Shown here piece after piece: positions 1 to 9,190 of a stretch of DNA of 32,919 bases (position 1 is its first letter; every line of letters starts with the position of its first letter). Both the position numbers and the translations under genes were made by a program. The notes under the pieces are model-generated. The model ran no database searches. It saw nothing but the letters and a program-made list of their open reading frames with translations, and had not been told where the DNA came from. The stretch is from assembly GCA_945862475.1 (NCBI GenBank), contig CAMAYW010000001.1:1-32919 (forward strand), read 5' to 3'. This stretch comes from Bacteriovorax stolpii (GTDB lineage Bacteria > Bdellovibrionota > Bacteriovoracia > Bacteriovoracales > Bacteriovoracaceae).

Positions 1-327
1 AGATTAACTGATTTTTACGAAACATTGGCATGGCCAGGAAATCTAAGAGAATTGTTTGGTCATTTGGAAAAGAAGAAAATTCTTTCAAAATCAATAAAGC
101 TTGATTTTGATCATTTGGATGAAGAACTCTTAACTAAGAGTTCTGACCTGATGAATTTGTCAGATTCAAAAGAACTTATTCCTCTTCAGGAAATGAAAGA
201 AGATTATGTGAAAAAAGTTTTAGCTACATGCGATGGTAATATCGCCTCAGCCTCTAGAAAATTAAAGGTTACTGAAAAAACCATAAAATCAATTTTACTT
301 AAAACTAATTGGCAAGAACGTAAGTGA
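1..327 (+). CDS. Sigma54-dependent (NtrC/Fis-family) transcriptional activator, C-terminal part (5' end outside window)
   Basis: Frame is open from base 1 (RLTDFYETLAWPGNLREL). WPGNxREL is the AAA+ sensor II motif, followed by a Fis-type HTH (CDGNIASASRKLKVTEKTI). Stop TGA at 325-327. Confidence 0.85.
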   Translation, partial: RLTDFYETLAWPGNLRELFGHLEKKKILSKSIKLDFDHLDEELLTKSSDLMNLSDSKELIPLQEMKEDYVKKVLATCDGNIASASRKLKVTEKTIKSILLKTNWQERK

Positions 328-1150
328 TTCTAACTTCAGAAACAAAACCGTTGATTTCGTAAATCTGAAGGAAGTTATTAATCTCTTGAATGAGTTTCTT
401 CCGGATAATATCTTTCCCTTCCTCTTCTAGAGGAAACACGGCCACGGACGGCTCTACTTGAAGTATAAGGTGATCTCTCAACTGAAAATCATGCTTATCT
501 AGAAACATTTTCGTTTCTCTATTGCTCGCAGTAGTAATGAAATCAATGTCCACAGATTTTATTTCATTCACATTGGCAAAATAGACTGGAAGTCGAAGAT
601 TCGAAATTTCAACGAAACGAGTTTGTTTCTTATAGTACTCTGGCCTTCCATAGGGAACTTCCTCAGGTAAACTGGCCGGAGCTCTCAATGCTTCGTTTTG
701 AATATGGGCAATTTTTTGTCCAGAAAAACCAATACCAATCACTGAAAGTATAGAAGCAGCAGATAAGAAGAGAAGTCCAAGAGTCTGGGTTGCCGACAGA
801 TCATCAAACGATTTTGAAAGATAGATCCAAGGAAATACAAAAAACTTTTTAAATTTTCCAGCGGACTTGTTGTTCTTCTCATACTCATCCCAAGCGACTT
901 TTAAACCACTGAAAGCTTCAGGTTTAAATTTGGTTTCTGATAGTTTTCTTTTAGTGGAGGCGATAAAAATGGGCAGATATTTTTTTAAAAGCGCAGGGAT
1001 ATTTTTAATAAACGAGATGAGATTCTGTTTAAGTGACTTATATTTTTCAACGACTCTTTTAATAGGTGAAGGAACTAGCTTCCAGAGAAACTCCAGGAGC
1101 TTAAAAATAAGATTGTTAATAAAGGTTTCTAATTTGGTAATTAATCCCAT
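305..1150 (-). CDS. FliL-like flagellar basal body-associated protein with long N-terminal extension
   Basis: One TM segment (TLGLLFLSAASILSVIGIGF), then a FliL-like C-terminus (QLRDHLIL...EEGKDIIRKKLIQEINNFL...VSEVRIT). I chose ATG 1150 over TTG 1168 because AGGA lies 6 nt upstream. Confidence 0.7.
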   Translation of the reverse strand: MGLITKLETFINNLIFKLLEFLWKLVPSPIKRVVEKYKSLKQNLISFIKNIPALLKKYLPIFIASTKRKLSETKFKPEAFSGLKVAWDEYEKNNKSAGKFKKFFVFPWIYLSKSFDDLSATQTLGLLFLSAASILSVIGIGFSGQKIAHIQNEALRAPASLPEEVPYGRPEYYKKQTRFVEISNLRLPVYFANVNEIKSVDIDFITTASNRETKMFLDKHDFQLRDHLILQVEPSVAVFPLEEEGKDIIRKKLIQEINNFLQIYEINGFVSEVRITYVLAN

Positions 1151-1307
1151 CAGTGTTCCTATCGGCAAATCTTTAAATAGAGATAAATAAAAAGTGTTTC
1201 AGTCGGATACTGGGGCAGCTTTTTCCCAGAGAGCTTTCTCCCTTAGGCTTAGCCCTTTTATTGCCGAAAGTGGAACTATGTCATGAAAAAGCAAAGGATG
1301 GTTTTGT

Positions 1308-1934
1308 ATGACACTGAAATTTTTAAAACTTCTTTTTGTATTCACCCTCATTTCAGGTTGTACTCAATTTCAAACGGGTAGAAGTTATACCAGTGAGATG
1401 GATCATGACGATTCTCGATTTTTTAGTCCCAATGAGGATTTTCCTATCGTTTCTGGGGATTCTGGGCGGTACTGGATGACAGACAAGGAACGAAAACTCA
1501 GAACTCCCATGTCTGAAGAAGAGGCTTTTAAAAATCGAACGCACGATGCACTTAGAGCTGAACTTCATCGCTTAGAAAAAACTCAACATGATGAAGATTT
1601 TGAATTTTATCAGCTTCATAAACATCGTTTTCAAACAATCTCAGAAAATATTTATTTTTTAAAACTTCCTTACTACGAGCGGAAATCTTACCTTATCGAC
1701 AGGGGATTCATTCAACCCACAAGGGCGCCAAGTTCCCTCTCTTCTTTTGATTCCATGAAAAACGATGTGGTGATTGGAATGAAAAAGGGCCAAGTGATGG
1801 CCTCAATCGGACGGCCTTCAAAAGTTGAGGTCGCGGGAAATCCTCAGGACGAGAATGAAAGATGGCTTTATCATATGAATGGCGCGTCGAAATATATCTA
1901 CTTTGAGTCTGGAGAAGTTCAGGGCTGGGAGTAG
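1308..1934 (+). CDS. Lipoprotein with C-terminal SmpA/OmlA (BamE)-like domain
   Basis: Signal peptide with lipobox LISGC. The C-terminal VVIGMKKGQVMASIGRPS...ERWLY...YIYFESGEV fits the SmpA/OmlA-like pattern GMxxxQVxxxxGxP...WxY. Confidence 0.65.
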   Translation: MTLKFLKLLFVFTLISGCTQFQTGRSYTSEMDHDDSRFFSPNEDFPIVSGDSGRYWMTDKERKLRTPMSEEEAFKNRTHDALRAELHRLEKTQHDEDFEFYQLHKHRFQTISENIYFLKLPYYERKSYLIDRGFIQPTRAPSSLSSFDSMKNDVVIGMKKGQVMASIGRPSKVEVAGNPQDENERWLYHMNGASKYIYFESGEVQGWE

Positions 1935-2058
1935 CTATAAAGTTTCAGCTATTTGGCCCCTCTCCCCATAGGAAATAGGTGCATTTTTCTCCCTAACAAG
2001 GTAACGTAACCCCACCTAAATTTAGGTTTCTATTATCAACTTAACCCCGAGGGTTTAG

Positions 2059-3039
2059 ATGGATTTTACGTTAGATTTCGAGCGCCCAGTTTCAGAGTTA
2101 GAAAATCAGATTCGCGAACTAAAAGAGGCCTCTCATCAAAATATAGATATTTCACATGAGATTGAGGCCCTTCAATCGAAAGTGAATAAGATGCTCGAGG
2201 ACATTTATACTAAACTCTCTCCTTGGCAAAGAACCCAGCTTTCACGTCACCCTGCTAGACCTCATGCACTAGATTACATCGAAAAAATAATCACAGATTT
2301 TCATGAAGTTCACGGTGACAGACGTTTTTCTGACGACCCCTCAATGGTGACTGGATTTGGTTATATTGATGGACAAAAAGTAGCTGTGATTGGAATTGAG
2401 AAGGGACGAAAAACGCAGGAAAAAATTAAAAGAAATTTCGGGATGGCAAATCCTGAAGGCTATAGAAAAGCCCTTCGAGTCATGCAAATGGCGTCTCAGT
2501 TTGGAATTCCAGTTGTGACTTTCGTTGATACTCCGGGTGCTTATCCGGGAATCGGTGCAGAAGAGCGTGGCCAAGCCCTCGCGATAGCAGAAAATTTAGA
2601 GGAAATGTTTAATATTAAATCTCCCATCATTTCTATTGTGATCGGCGAAGGTGGATCTGGTGGAGCTTTAGGTATTGCAGTTGCAGATAAAGTGTTCATG
2701 ATGGAGTATTCTGTTTATTCAGTTATTTCTCCAGAGTCTTGTGCGTCCATTTTATGGTCTGATTCAAAAATGGCAGAGACTGCCGCCAACTCACTTCAGC
2801 TTTCTCCTAATAAGGCCCTTGAACTAAAAGTTATTGATGGAATTATTAAAGAGCCAGCTGGTGGGGCCCACCGTCATGCTGATAAAGCGATTCAGATTGT
2901 GAAAGATTCGATTCTTTCTCATTTAGATTCACTTAAGAAAGAAGATCTTGATCTTCTTATGCAAAAGCGTTTTGAAAAATTCCGCCAAATGGGAAACATT
3001 ACATTAACCATTGATAACTCTGAAGAGTCGAAGGCATAA
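2059..3039 (+). CDS. accA: Acetyl-CoA carboxylase carboxyltransferase alpha subunit
   Basis: LDFERP start, RHPARP, HGDRRFSDD, NFGMANPEGYRKALR, DTPGAYPGIGAEERGQ, IGEGGSGGALG, YSVISPESCASILW. Confidence 0.98.
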   Translation: MDFTLDFERPVSELENQIRELKEASHQNIDISHEIEALQSKVNKMLEDIYTKLSPWQRTQLSRHPARPHALDYIEKIITDFHEVHGDRRFSDDPSMVTGFGYIDGQKVAVIGIEKGRKTQEKIKRNFGMANPEGYRKALRVMQMASQFGIPVVTFVDTPGAYPGIGAEERGQALAIAENLEEMFNIKSPIISIVIGEGGSGGALGIAVADKVFMMEYSVYSVISPESCASILWSDSKMAETAANSLQLSPNKALELKVIDGIIKEPAGGAHRHADKAIQIVKDSILSHLDSLKKEDLDLLMQKRFEKFRQMGNITLTIDNSEESKA

Positions 3040-3040
3040 A

Positions 3041-3916
3041 ATGAGTGTGTATTCGATGACGGGATTTGGTAAAGGCGAGGCCTCTGGTCAAAACTTTACG
3101 ATAACAACTGAAATTAAAACGGTAAATAATCGATTCAAGGATTTTAAATTTAGAATGAGTTCCATGTTTAATTCACTCGAGCTTGATCTAAGGTCAAAGC
3201 TAGAAAGTGAATTTAAGCGGGGCAGTTTTGATATCTCTGTCAGTTATAAGAGAACTGAAAAGTCAGGAACTGAGTTTCAAATTGATTTGAAAAAAGTTGA
3301 GGCTTATCTTGAACTTATGAAACCCGTATTTGATAAGGGTGGAGTTTCACTTGAGGTGAGTCCGACAGAATTTCTGCGCCCTGATTTTTATAAAGATGAA
3401 GATAGTGACAAAGAAAAAGAATTATCTCCTTTGGCGATGGAGTCCTTTGATCTAGCGATTAAGGCCCTGAAGTTGTCCCGTTCTCACGAGGGTCAAAAGC
3501 TGGTAGATAAATTATTTGATCATCTTGGTGTGTATGAGTCTTCTCTTGGTCAAGTCGAGAAGCTTAAGGCCCTTTATCCTGAAATGATGAAGGATAAACT
3601 CACAACTAAACTTAACGAGAAACTAAAAGACATTAAAATTGATGAGTCCCGTTTTCTTCAGGAAGTGGTTTATTACCTAGAAAAACTTGAAATAGACGAG
3701 GAGATTAATCGGGCAAAGATCCATTTAATTAAGCTTAAGTCCGTTTTAAAATCCACTGGGGAAATAGGACGACAAATTGATTTTCTTCTTCAGGAATTAG
3801 GGAGAGAAACCAATACCATGGGATCAAAATCTGCCCATCCAGAAATTTCCTCAAATGTCGTCGAGATGAAAGTACAATTAGAGAAGATACGCGAACAAGC
3901 ATTGAACTTGGAATAA
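3041..3916 (+). CDS. yicC: YicC/YloC family endoribonuclease
   Basis: SMTGFG N-terminus, EIKTVNNRF, EEINR, GRQIDFLLQELGRETNTMGSKS, LEKIREQALNLE. ATG 3041 lies 1 nt after the accA stop, and the gene sits in its usual place before gmk. Confidence 0.93.
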   Translation: MSVYSMTGFGKGEASGQNFTITTEIKTVNNRFKDFKFRMSSMFNSLELDLRSKLESEFKRGSFDISVSYKRTEKSGTEFQIDLKKVEAYLELMKPVFDKGGVSLEVSPTEFLRPDFYKDEDSDKEKELSPLAMESFDLAIKALKLSRSHEGQKLVDKLFDHLGVYESSLGQVEKLKALYPEMMKDKLTTKLNEKLKDIKIDESRFLQEVVYYLEKLEIDEEINRAKIHLIKLKSVLKSTGEIGRQIDFLLQELGRETNTMGSKSAHPEISSNVVEMKVQLEKIREQALNLE

Positions 3917-3918
3917 TC

Positions 3919-4479
3919 ATGTCTGGAAAGATGATTGTTATTTGTGCACCTTCAGGCACAGGTAAGTCCACATTATTAAATCGGCTCAAAGCTGATATTC
4001 CTGACCTCGTATGGTCAGTGTCGTGTACAACTCGTCCTATTAGGCAGGGTGAAGTTCACGGTAAAGACTATTTTTTTATTAAAAAAGATAGCTTCGAAGA
4101 ACAAATCAAGGCCGAAGAATTCATTGAGTGGGCCAAGGTGCACTCGAATTACTATGGGACTTCTAAACGTTTTGTGACAGAAGGACTTCTTAATAATTGG
4201 AATATGCTTTTTGATCTTGATGTTCAAGGGGCAGATGAAATGAAGCGTATTTATGGAGATGAAGCTCAAGTCATCTTCATTGAGCCACCTTCGATTGAAG
4301 AGTTAGAGAAAAGATTAATGGCAAGAGGAACTGATTCTTTGGAAGTGATTCAAGAGAGAATAAAAAACGCTCGGAAAGAACTTCAGAAAAAAGATAAGTA
4401 TGATCATCTTGTTCTAAACGACGATGTCGATAAGGCTTATGGGAAACTGAAGTCTATTGTAGAAAGGATCTTGAAATAA
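3919..4479 (+). CDS. gmk: Guanylate kinase
   Basis: P-loop APSGTGKST, SVSCTTRPIRQGEVHGKDYFF, EWAKVHSNYYGT, DLDVQGA, FIEPPSIEELEKRL. Confidence 0.98.
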   Translation: MSGKMIVICAPSGTGKSTLLNRLKADIPDLVWSVSCTTRPIRQGEVHGKDYFFIKKDSFEEQIKAEEFIEWAKVHSNYYGTSKRFVTEGLLNNWNMLFDLDVQGADEMKRIYGDEAQVIFIEPPSIEELEKRLMARGTDSLEVIQERIKNARKELQKKDKYDHLVLNDDVDKAYGKLKSIVERILK

Positions 4480-6681
4480 ATGTTTGCTGAACGGATCGAT
4501 TTTTCACATGAGGCGAATCTCACAATTGATGAGCTCGTTAAGCGAGTTGAAGTTCATTTGCCTGAAAGTGATCTGGGTGCCCTTCGGCGTTGTTATGAAT
4601 TTGCAGATAAAATGCATGCAGGAGTAAAGCGCTCTTCAGGCGAACCTTATATCATTCATCCGCTTAATGTTGCTGGAACCCTTGTGAAACTCAAAATGGA
4701 TCTTGATTCCATTATGGCGGGCCTTCTTCATGATACGGTTGAGGACTGTGAAGTCTCTCCAGAAGATATTGCTAAAATGTTTGGTCAGAATGTGGCGCAA
4801 ATTGTTGTTGGTTGTACGAAAATTTCAAAAATTAAATTTAAGACGAAAGAAGAATCTCAGGCAGAGAATTTTAGAAAAATGGTTGTCGCCATGGCCCAAG
4901 ATCTTCGAGTCATTATCGTTAAGCTCGCAGATAGAATGCATAATATGCGAACTCTTCAGTACATGACGAAAGAAAAACAGCAGGCAAAGGCACAGGAAAC
5001 GCTTGATATCTATGTTCCTTTGGCCTCTCGATTGGGTATTAACTCGGTGAAGGGAGATCTCGAGGATCTTTGCCTTCGTTATATTCATCCGGATATTTAT
5101 TATCGACTAGCTGAAAAAATCGCGATGAAAAAGCGCGAGAGAGAGTCGTACATTGAAGAAACCATCACTCTTATTGAAGAAAAGATGCTGGAGTATTCAG
5201 TTCAAGGTGAAGTCACGGGAAGGCCTAAGCATTTTTATTCAATCTATAAAAAAATGCAGCAACGTGGAGTGGACTTTGAACAAATTCAAGACCTACTCGC
5301 TTTTAGAGTTCTCATTAATAACATCACTGAATGTTACAAAGTTCTAGGAATTATTCACTCGGCGTTCACGCCGGTGCCAGGAAGATTTAAAGATTACATT
5401 GCTATTCCTAAGGTCAATAATTATCAATCTCTTCACACAACCGTTATTGGTCCCAAGGCGGAGAGAATTGAAATTCAAATTAGAACTTTTGAAATGCATG
5501 AAGTCGCTGAACGTGGAGTAGCTGCTCACTGGAAATATAAAGAAAGAAATAAAGCAGATTCGATCAATAAACTAAAATGGGTTGAAGAACTCATGGAGTT
5601 TAATCAGAACGTTGAAAACTCATCTGAATTCATGGATGTGGTGAAAAACGATCTCGATGTCGGAGGAGTTTTCATTTTTACGCCTCAAGGAGATGTGAAA
5701 GAACTTCGTTATGGAGCGACTCCTTTAGATTTTGCTTACGCTGTTCATACTGAAGTTGGAAACAAAACAGTGGGAGCGAAAGTTAATGGAAAAATGGTCC
5801 CTCTTAAATATCGTCTTAAGTCTGGAGATACGGTTGAAATTTTAACAAGTAAAACTCAAACGCCATCAAAAGATTGGCTGAAAATTTGTAAAACTTCTCG
5901 CGCTATCACTAAGATTCGTCAATACCTCATGAAAATTGAGCGAGATGAACACCGCGCACTTGGTGAGGACATTTTAGAGAAGGCATTGAAAAAGTTCGAT
6001 ACCTCGATCAAGTCACTAGAAAAGAAACAAGAATTTAAGCTTCTCTTTGATAAGCTTCATTACAAAAATCTTGAAGAGCTTTTTGTGAATATCGGCTCGA
6101 ATCATTTGCCAATTAAGGAAGTCCTAGTTGCTCTTCCTTCAGTGAACTTTAATGAAACAGACGAGCTTGATTTTAAAGAGGATGATAAGGAGCTTGAATC
6201 TTTTTTCAAAAAGACTCAAAAAACAGCTCGAAAAAGTACCAGTAACGATAATGCTGTCATTGTAGATGGACTAGATGATGTGATGGTGAAGATGGGCCGC
6301 TGCTGTAATCCCATTCCTGGAGATCCTATTACTGGAATTATTACTCGCGGTAGGGGCATTACCGTTCATACTTTTGGGTGCCCAAGAATCGTGGATATTG
6401 AAAAATCTCGAAATGTTTATGTGGAATGGAACAAACACTATACCTTCAGTCATCCTGTGAATATTAAAGTCACTACTCACGATAAACCTGGAATCCTGTC
6501 TAAGATCTCAAAATCTATCAATAATGCTGGCATCAATATCCGATCGGCGATTGCTCGTTCAATGCCAGACCAAAAAGGTAATTTTATTTTTGAAATTGAG
6601 GTCAAGGATTACTCAGAACTCCTTAAGACCATCAGTTCAATTGAGCAAATGGAAGAAGTCATCTCCGTCAACCGGGCCTAG
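4480..6681 (+). CDS. spoT: Bifunctional (p)ppGpp synthetase/hydrolase (long RSH, Rel/SpoT)
   Basis: Hydrolase motifs RSSGEPYIIHP, LLHDTVED and KLADRMHNMRTL. Synthetase motifs GRPKHFYSIYKK, RFKD, YQSLHT and EIQIRT. TGS domain (FTPQG...GATPLDFAY), cysteine domain (RCCNPIPGD) and C-terminal ACT domain. Confidence 0.96.
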   Translation: MFAERIDFSHEANLTIDELVKRVEVHLPESDLGALRRCYEFADKMHAGVKRSSGEPYIIHPLNVAGTLVKLKMDLDSIMAGLLHDTVEDCEVSPEDIAKMFGQNVAQIVVGCTKISKIKFKTKEESQAENFRKMVVAMAQDLRVIIVKLADRMHNMRTLQYMTKEKQQAKAQETLDIYVPLASRLGINSVKGDLEDLCLRYIHPDIYYRLAEKIAMKKRERESYIEETITLIEEKMLEYSVQGEVTGRPKHFYSIYKKMQQRGVDFEQIQDLLAFRVLINNITECYKVLGIIHSAFTPVPGRFKDYIAIPKVNNYQSLHTTVIGPKAERIEIQIRTFEMHEVAERGVAAHWKYKERNKADSINKLKWVEELMEFNQNVENSSEFMDVVKNDLDVGGVFIFTPQGDVKELRYGATPLDFAYAVHTEVGNKTVGAKVNGKMVPLKYRLKSGDTVEILTSKTQTPSKDWLKICKTSRAITKIRQYLMKIERDEHRALGEDILEKALKKFDTSIKSLEKKQEFKLLFDKLHYKNLEELFVNIGSNHLPIKEVLVALPSVNFNETDELDFKEDDKELESFFKKTQKTARKSTSNDNAVIVDGLDDVMVKMGRCCNPIPGDPITGIITRGRGITVHTFGCPRIVDIEKSRNVYVEWNKHYTFSHPVNIKVTTHDKPGILSKISKSINNAGINIRSAIARSMPDQKGNFIFEIEVKDYSELLKTISSIEQMEEVISVNRA

Positions 6682-6690
6682 ATTAAATTT

Positions 6691-6720
6691 TTGACATACA
6701 TAAATGCTGACAGTCATAAT
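6691..6720 (+). promoter_or_regulatory. Putative sigma70 promoter TTGACA-N18-CATAAT, 7 nt before ATG 6728 (leaderless-type)
   Basis: Perfect -35 at 6691-6696 and 5/6 -10 at 6715-6720. No Shine-Dalgarno before the ATG. Confidence 0.55.
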
Positions 6721-6727
6721 TTAAGAT

Positions 6728-7684
6728 ATGACTAAACTAATTCTTATCCTCTTCTTTGTGACTTCTCCACTTTGGGCCCAAAATGAGGAGATTTCTGAAC
6801 CGATAGAAGTGAGTGAAACTCCCATTCAAGAAGTCACTGCTGAAGAGAAAGTTGTCGAAGAAACTCCAGAGGCTTCAGCACCAGAACCAGAACCAGAGAT
6901 CGTTTCACCGCCAGTAGCAAATGTTGAAACTCCTACCATGACTACTGAAATTCCAGTTGAAGAAAAAGATTTTAACCCTAGAGAGAGTCACTGGTTTAAT
7001 GTGTTTGGTTTTGAATCATTAAAATATAAAGCCCCATTTAGTTTTACAGGAGTAAAAGAAACTTTTACTCCTAGAAATCAAGAACTATGGGGTGGAAGGC
7101 TTGGATTTGGTGGTGAGATTTATCTCGGATTAGGGCTTGTAACGACTACAAAAGTGGAAGGCTATTATGTGGGAACACTTTTTTCTCAAGTGTTAAATGC
7201 TGGACCAGATGATGTGGACGAGGAATTTGCCTTTAGTAAAAAAACGGGACAAGTCTTTGGTGTCGATGCAACTCAGACATTGGGATTTATGTTTGAAATG
7301 AAAACAAAAAATCCTTTTATGGATGAGTGGTCTTATCTCATGGTTGAACCGTATGTTGAATACGGTGTTGGGAAGGGGTGGGCCCAAAGTCGCTTAAACT
7401 ATCATTACGATACGGGGCCAACAGGAACTCAAGAAGATTATCGGATAAGTGTGAGAGATGATCTGGTTAATACAAGAGTGGGTGGTGGGATAAACTTTAC
7501 TTCAAGAAGTGGTTATTTCTTATTCTTAAAAACGTATGTGAATCGATACGATGTCACTCAAAGAAAAATAAGGACTTATGTGAAGCCTAACGGTGGGGGC
7601 GCAACCACTAGCTCAGATACTGAGAAAGATGTTAGAATAAATCCGGTAACGACTTTTGCTCTGGGCGGTGGTTATAAATTCTAA
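6728..7684 (+). CDS. Putative outer-membrane beta-barrel protein with acidic Pro/Glu-rich N-terminal linker
   Basis: Signal peptide (...SPLWA|Q), E/P/T-rich disordered segment, Gly/aromatic-rich alternating strands, and C-terminal ALGGGYKF (BAM beta-signal-like terminal Phe). Confidence 0.7.
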   Translation: MTKLILILFFVTSPLWAQNEEISEPIEVSETPIQEVTAEEKVVEETPEASAPEPEPEIVSPPVANVETPTMTTEIPVEEKDFNPRESHWFNVFGFESLKYKAPFSFTGVKETFTPRNQELWGGRLGFGGEIYLGLGLVTTTKVEGYYVGTLFSQVLNAGPDDVDEEFAFSKKTGQVFGVDATQTLGFMFEMKTKNPFMDEWSYLMVEPYVEYGVGKGWAQSRLNYHYDTGPTGTQEDYRISVRDDLVNTRVGGGINFTSRSGYFLFLKTYVNRYDVTQRKIRTYVKPNGGGATTSSDTEKDVRINPVTTFALGGGYKF

Positions 7685-8522
7685 AATTTTAATTCTTACA
7701 ATCCTTTCGCTTTTTGTAGTTTCTTCCTGCCAAGAGGAGCTTCAAAAAGGGAGTGAGCTTTCGGCCTCAGAGCTGGCCTATATTAGGGCCCGCGCAGCGG
7801 CGAAATGTGTCGCAGAATCGAATACAGATTTTTCTGATTATGAGGATAGTTCTAACTCAGTCATGATGAATTCAGAACGAGGGAATACTTGGAAATTAGA
7901 GTACAAAAAAGATAATACTCTCATCGATACTTCCTACATTTACGTTTGGAAGGTGACTCCGTCATCCATTTATTACAGAATAAAATTAACTGAGTCTGGT
8001 GTTGTGAAGAATCAATTTCTCAAAGTGGATACCACTACAAATGATGAGATGATGAGAAATCTTCAAGAGCAGGATTGCGCCAAAACATTAGATGTCGCTG
8101 TTGGCCCTTCTTCGATGACGGTCAATGTTGATACTGGTCTTGCGACGGAAGATTCCAGTACTCTTGTTAAATTCGAGAGGGATTATCGATTAATCACTTC
8201 CTATCCAGCTTATTTTGGTTCTCTTAATCGCAAGATTACGAAGAAATCCTATAACAATGATGAGGAATTGCAGAAAACGGAAGTCTTTGATTATGTTTTT
8301 ACCAACACATCAGATACTACGTTGCCGGATACATATAACGATGCTTCGATAGTAAATGCAGAATACTGTGTGGTGACTTATTCGCCTGCAGTACTGCCAG
8401 ACACCTTAGATAATTATACTTTTCCATTTTCTTTAACGTGTTCCGCTTCAGATACGAATGGACCAGATGGTAACGGAGACACTGTAGAGGATTACGATCC
8501 TGCAACAGACCTTGTGATTTAA
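7668..8522 (+). CDS. Hypothetical lipoprotein
   Basis: Hydrophobic signal with lipobox VVSSC. S/T/D-rich mature part, extra cysteines and C-terminal DGNGD. Start is uncertain (GTG 7668 or TTG 7656); both overlap the upstream gene. Confidence 0.65.
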   Translation: MVINSKILILTILSLFVVSSCQEELQKGSELSASELAYIRARAAAKCVAESNTDFSDYEDSSNSVMMNSERGNTWKLEYKKDNTLIDTSYIYVWKVTPSSIYYRIKLTESGVVKNQFLKVDTTTNDEMMRNLQEQDCAKTLDVAVGPSSMTVNVDTGLATEDSSTLVKFERDYRLITSYPAYFGSLNRKITKKSYNNDEELQKTEVFDYVFTNTSDTTLPDTYNDASIVNAEYCVVTYSPAVLPDTLDNYTFPFSLTCSASDTNGPDGNGDTVEDYDPATDLVI

Positions 8523-8523
8523 T

Positions 8524-9189
8524 TTATTCCTCGGAAATAATTTCTTCTCTTAACACTTTTAATTGAATAAAGGTTCTAGCAATCTTTAAAGCTTCTTTAA
8601 GAAGCTTTCTTGTATCTTTCCAGTTTGAGTACGAGTTTGAAACTGAATCAAAGTAGAACTCTGGTTTGGGACCCGTCATGAAGTGTGAAATGATAAGATC
8701 AATTCTCATAATGTGATAATCGCTTGAAATGATCAGCACTTTATTAAGCTCAGGATTCGCTTTTAAAAATTGAACAGTTTCTCTCACGTTTTCAAAAGTA
8801 TTTTTAGATTCATAATCTAAATCGACTTGCATTCCAGCTGAGGCCAATTCTTGGCTTGTGGTAGGACTTGCCTGTTTATTTAAAAGAGTTTGGAAAGAAG
8901 TCGCTGCATGAACTCCAGAGATAAAGAGTTTAGACGTGGGATTCTTTTTTAAAAGCTCAGTCGCGTAAGCGATTCTTCCTTTGTCACCCGTGAAGACAGC
9001 AATAGCATCGGGAGATTTTTGAAAGAAGGCCCCAGCTGCTCTCCCTTTCTGCATTTTTGCGTAGATAGGTATATAGGCAATGAAAGTCGTTATTAATCCG
9101 AGACTAATTAAAAACAGGAAGAAGCCGCCTATAACTAGGCGGCGGATTCGAGTTGATTTTGTTTCAAATACGTACTTTCTTCCAAACAT
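8524..9189 (-). CDS. YdcF/DUF218 (ElyC/SanA-like) membrane-anchored protein
   Basis: N-terminal TM, DAIAVFTG..GRI, LFISGV, ESKNTFEN, IISSDYHIMR. ATG 9189 is 1 nt after the ridA stop. Confidence 0.88.
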   Translation of the reverse strand: MFGRKYVFETKSTRIRRLVIGGFFLFLISLGLITTFIAYIPIYAKMQKGRAAGAFFQKSPDAIAVFTGDKGRIAYATELLKKNPTSKLFISGVHAATSFQTLLNKQASPTTSQELASAGMQVDLDYESKNTFENVRETVQFLKANPELNKVLIISSDYHIMRIDLIISHFMTGPKPEFYFDSVSNSYSNWKDTRKLLKEALKIARTFIQLKVLREEIISEE

Positions 9190-9190
9190 A

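Noticed and set aside
6881-6898. CCAGAA tandem repeat as a phase-variation tract
   Set aside because: Only about three in-frame 6-nt units encoding PEPEPE in a linker, so slippage would not shift the frame.
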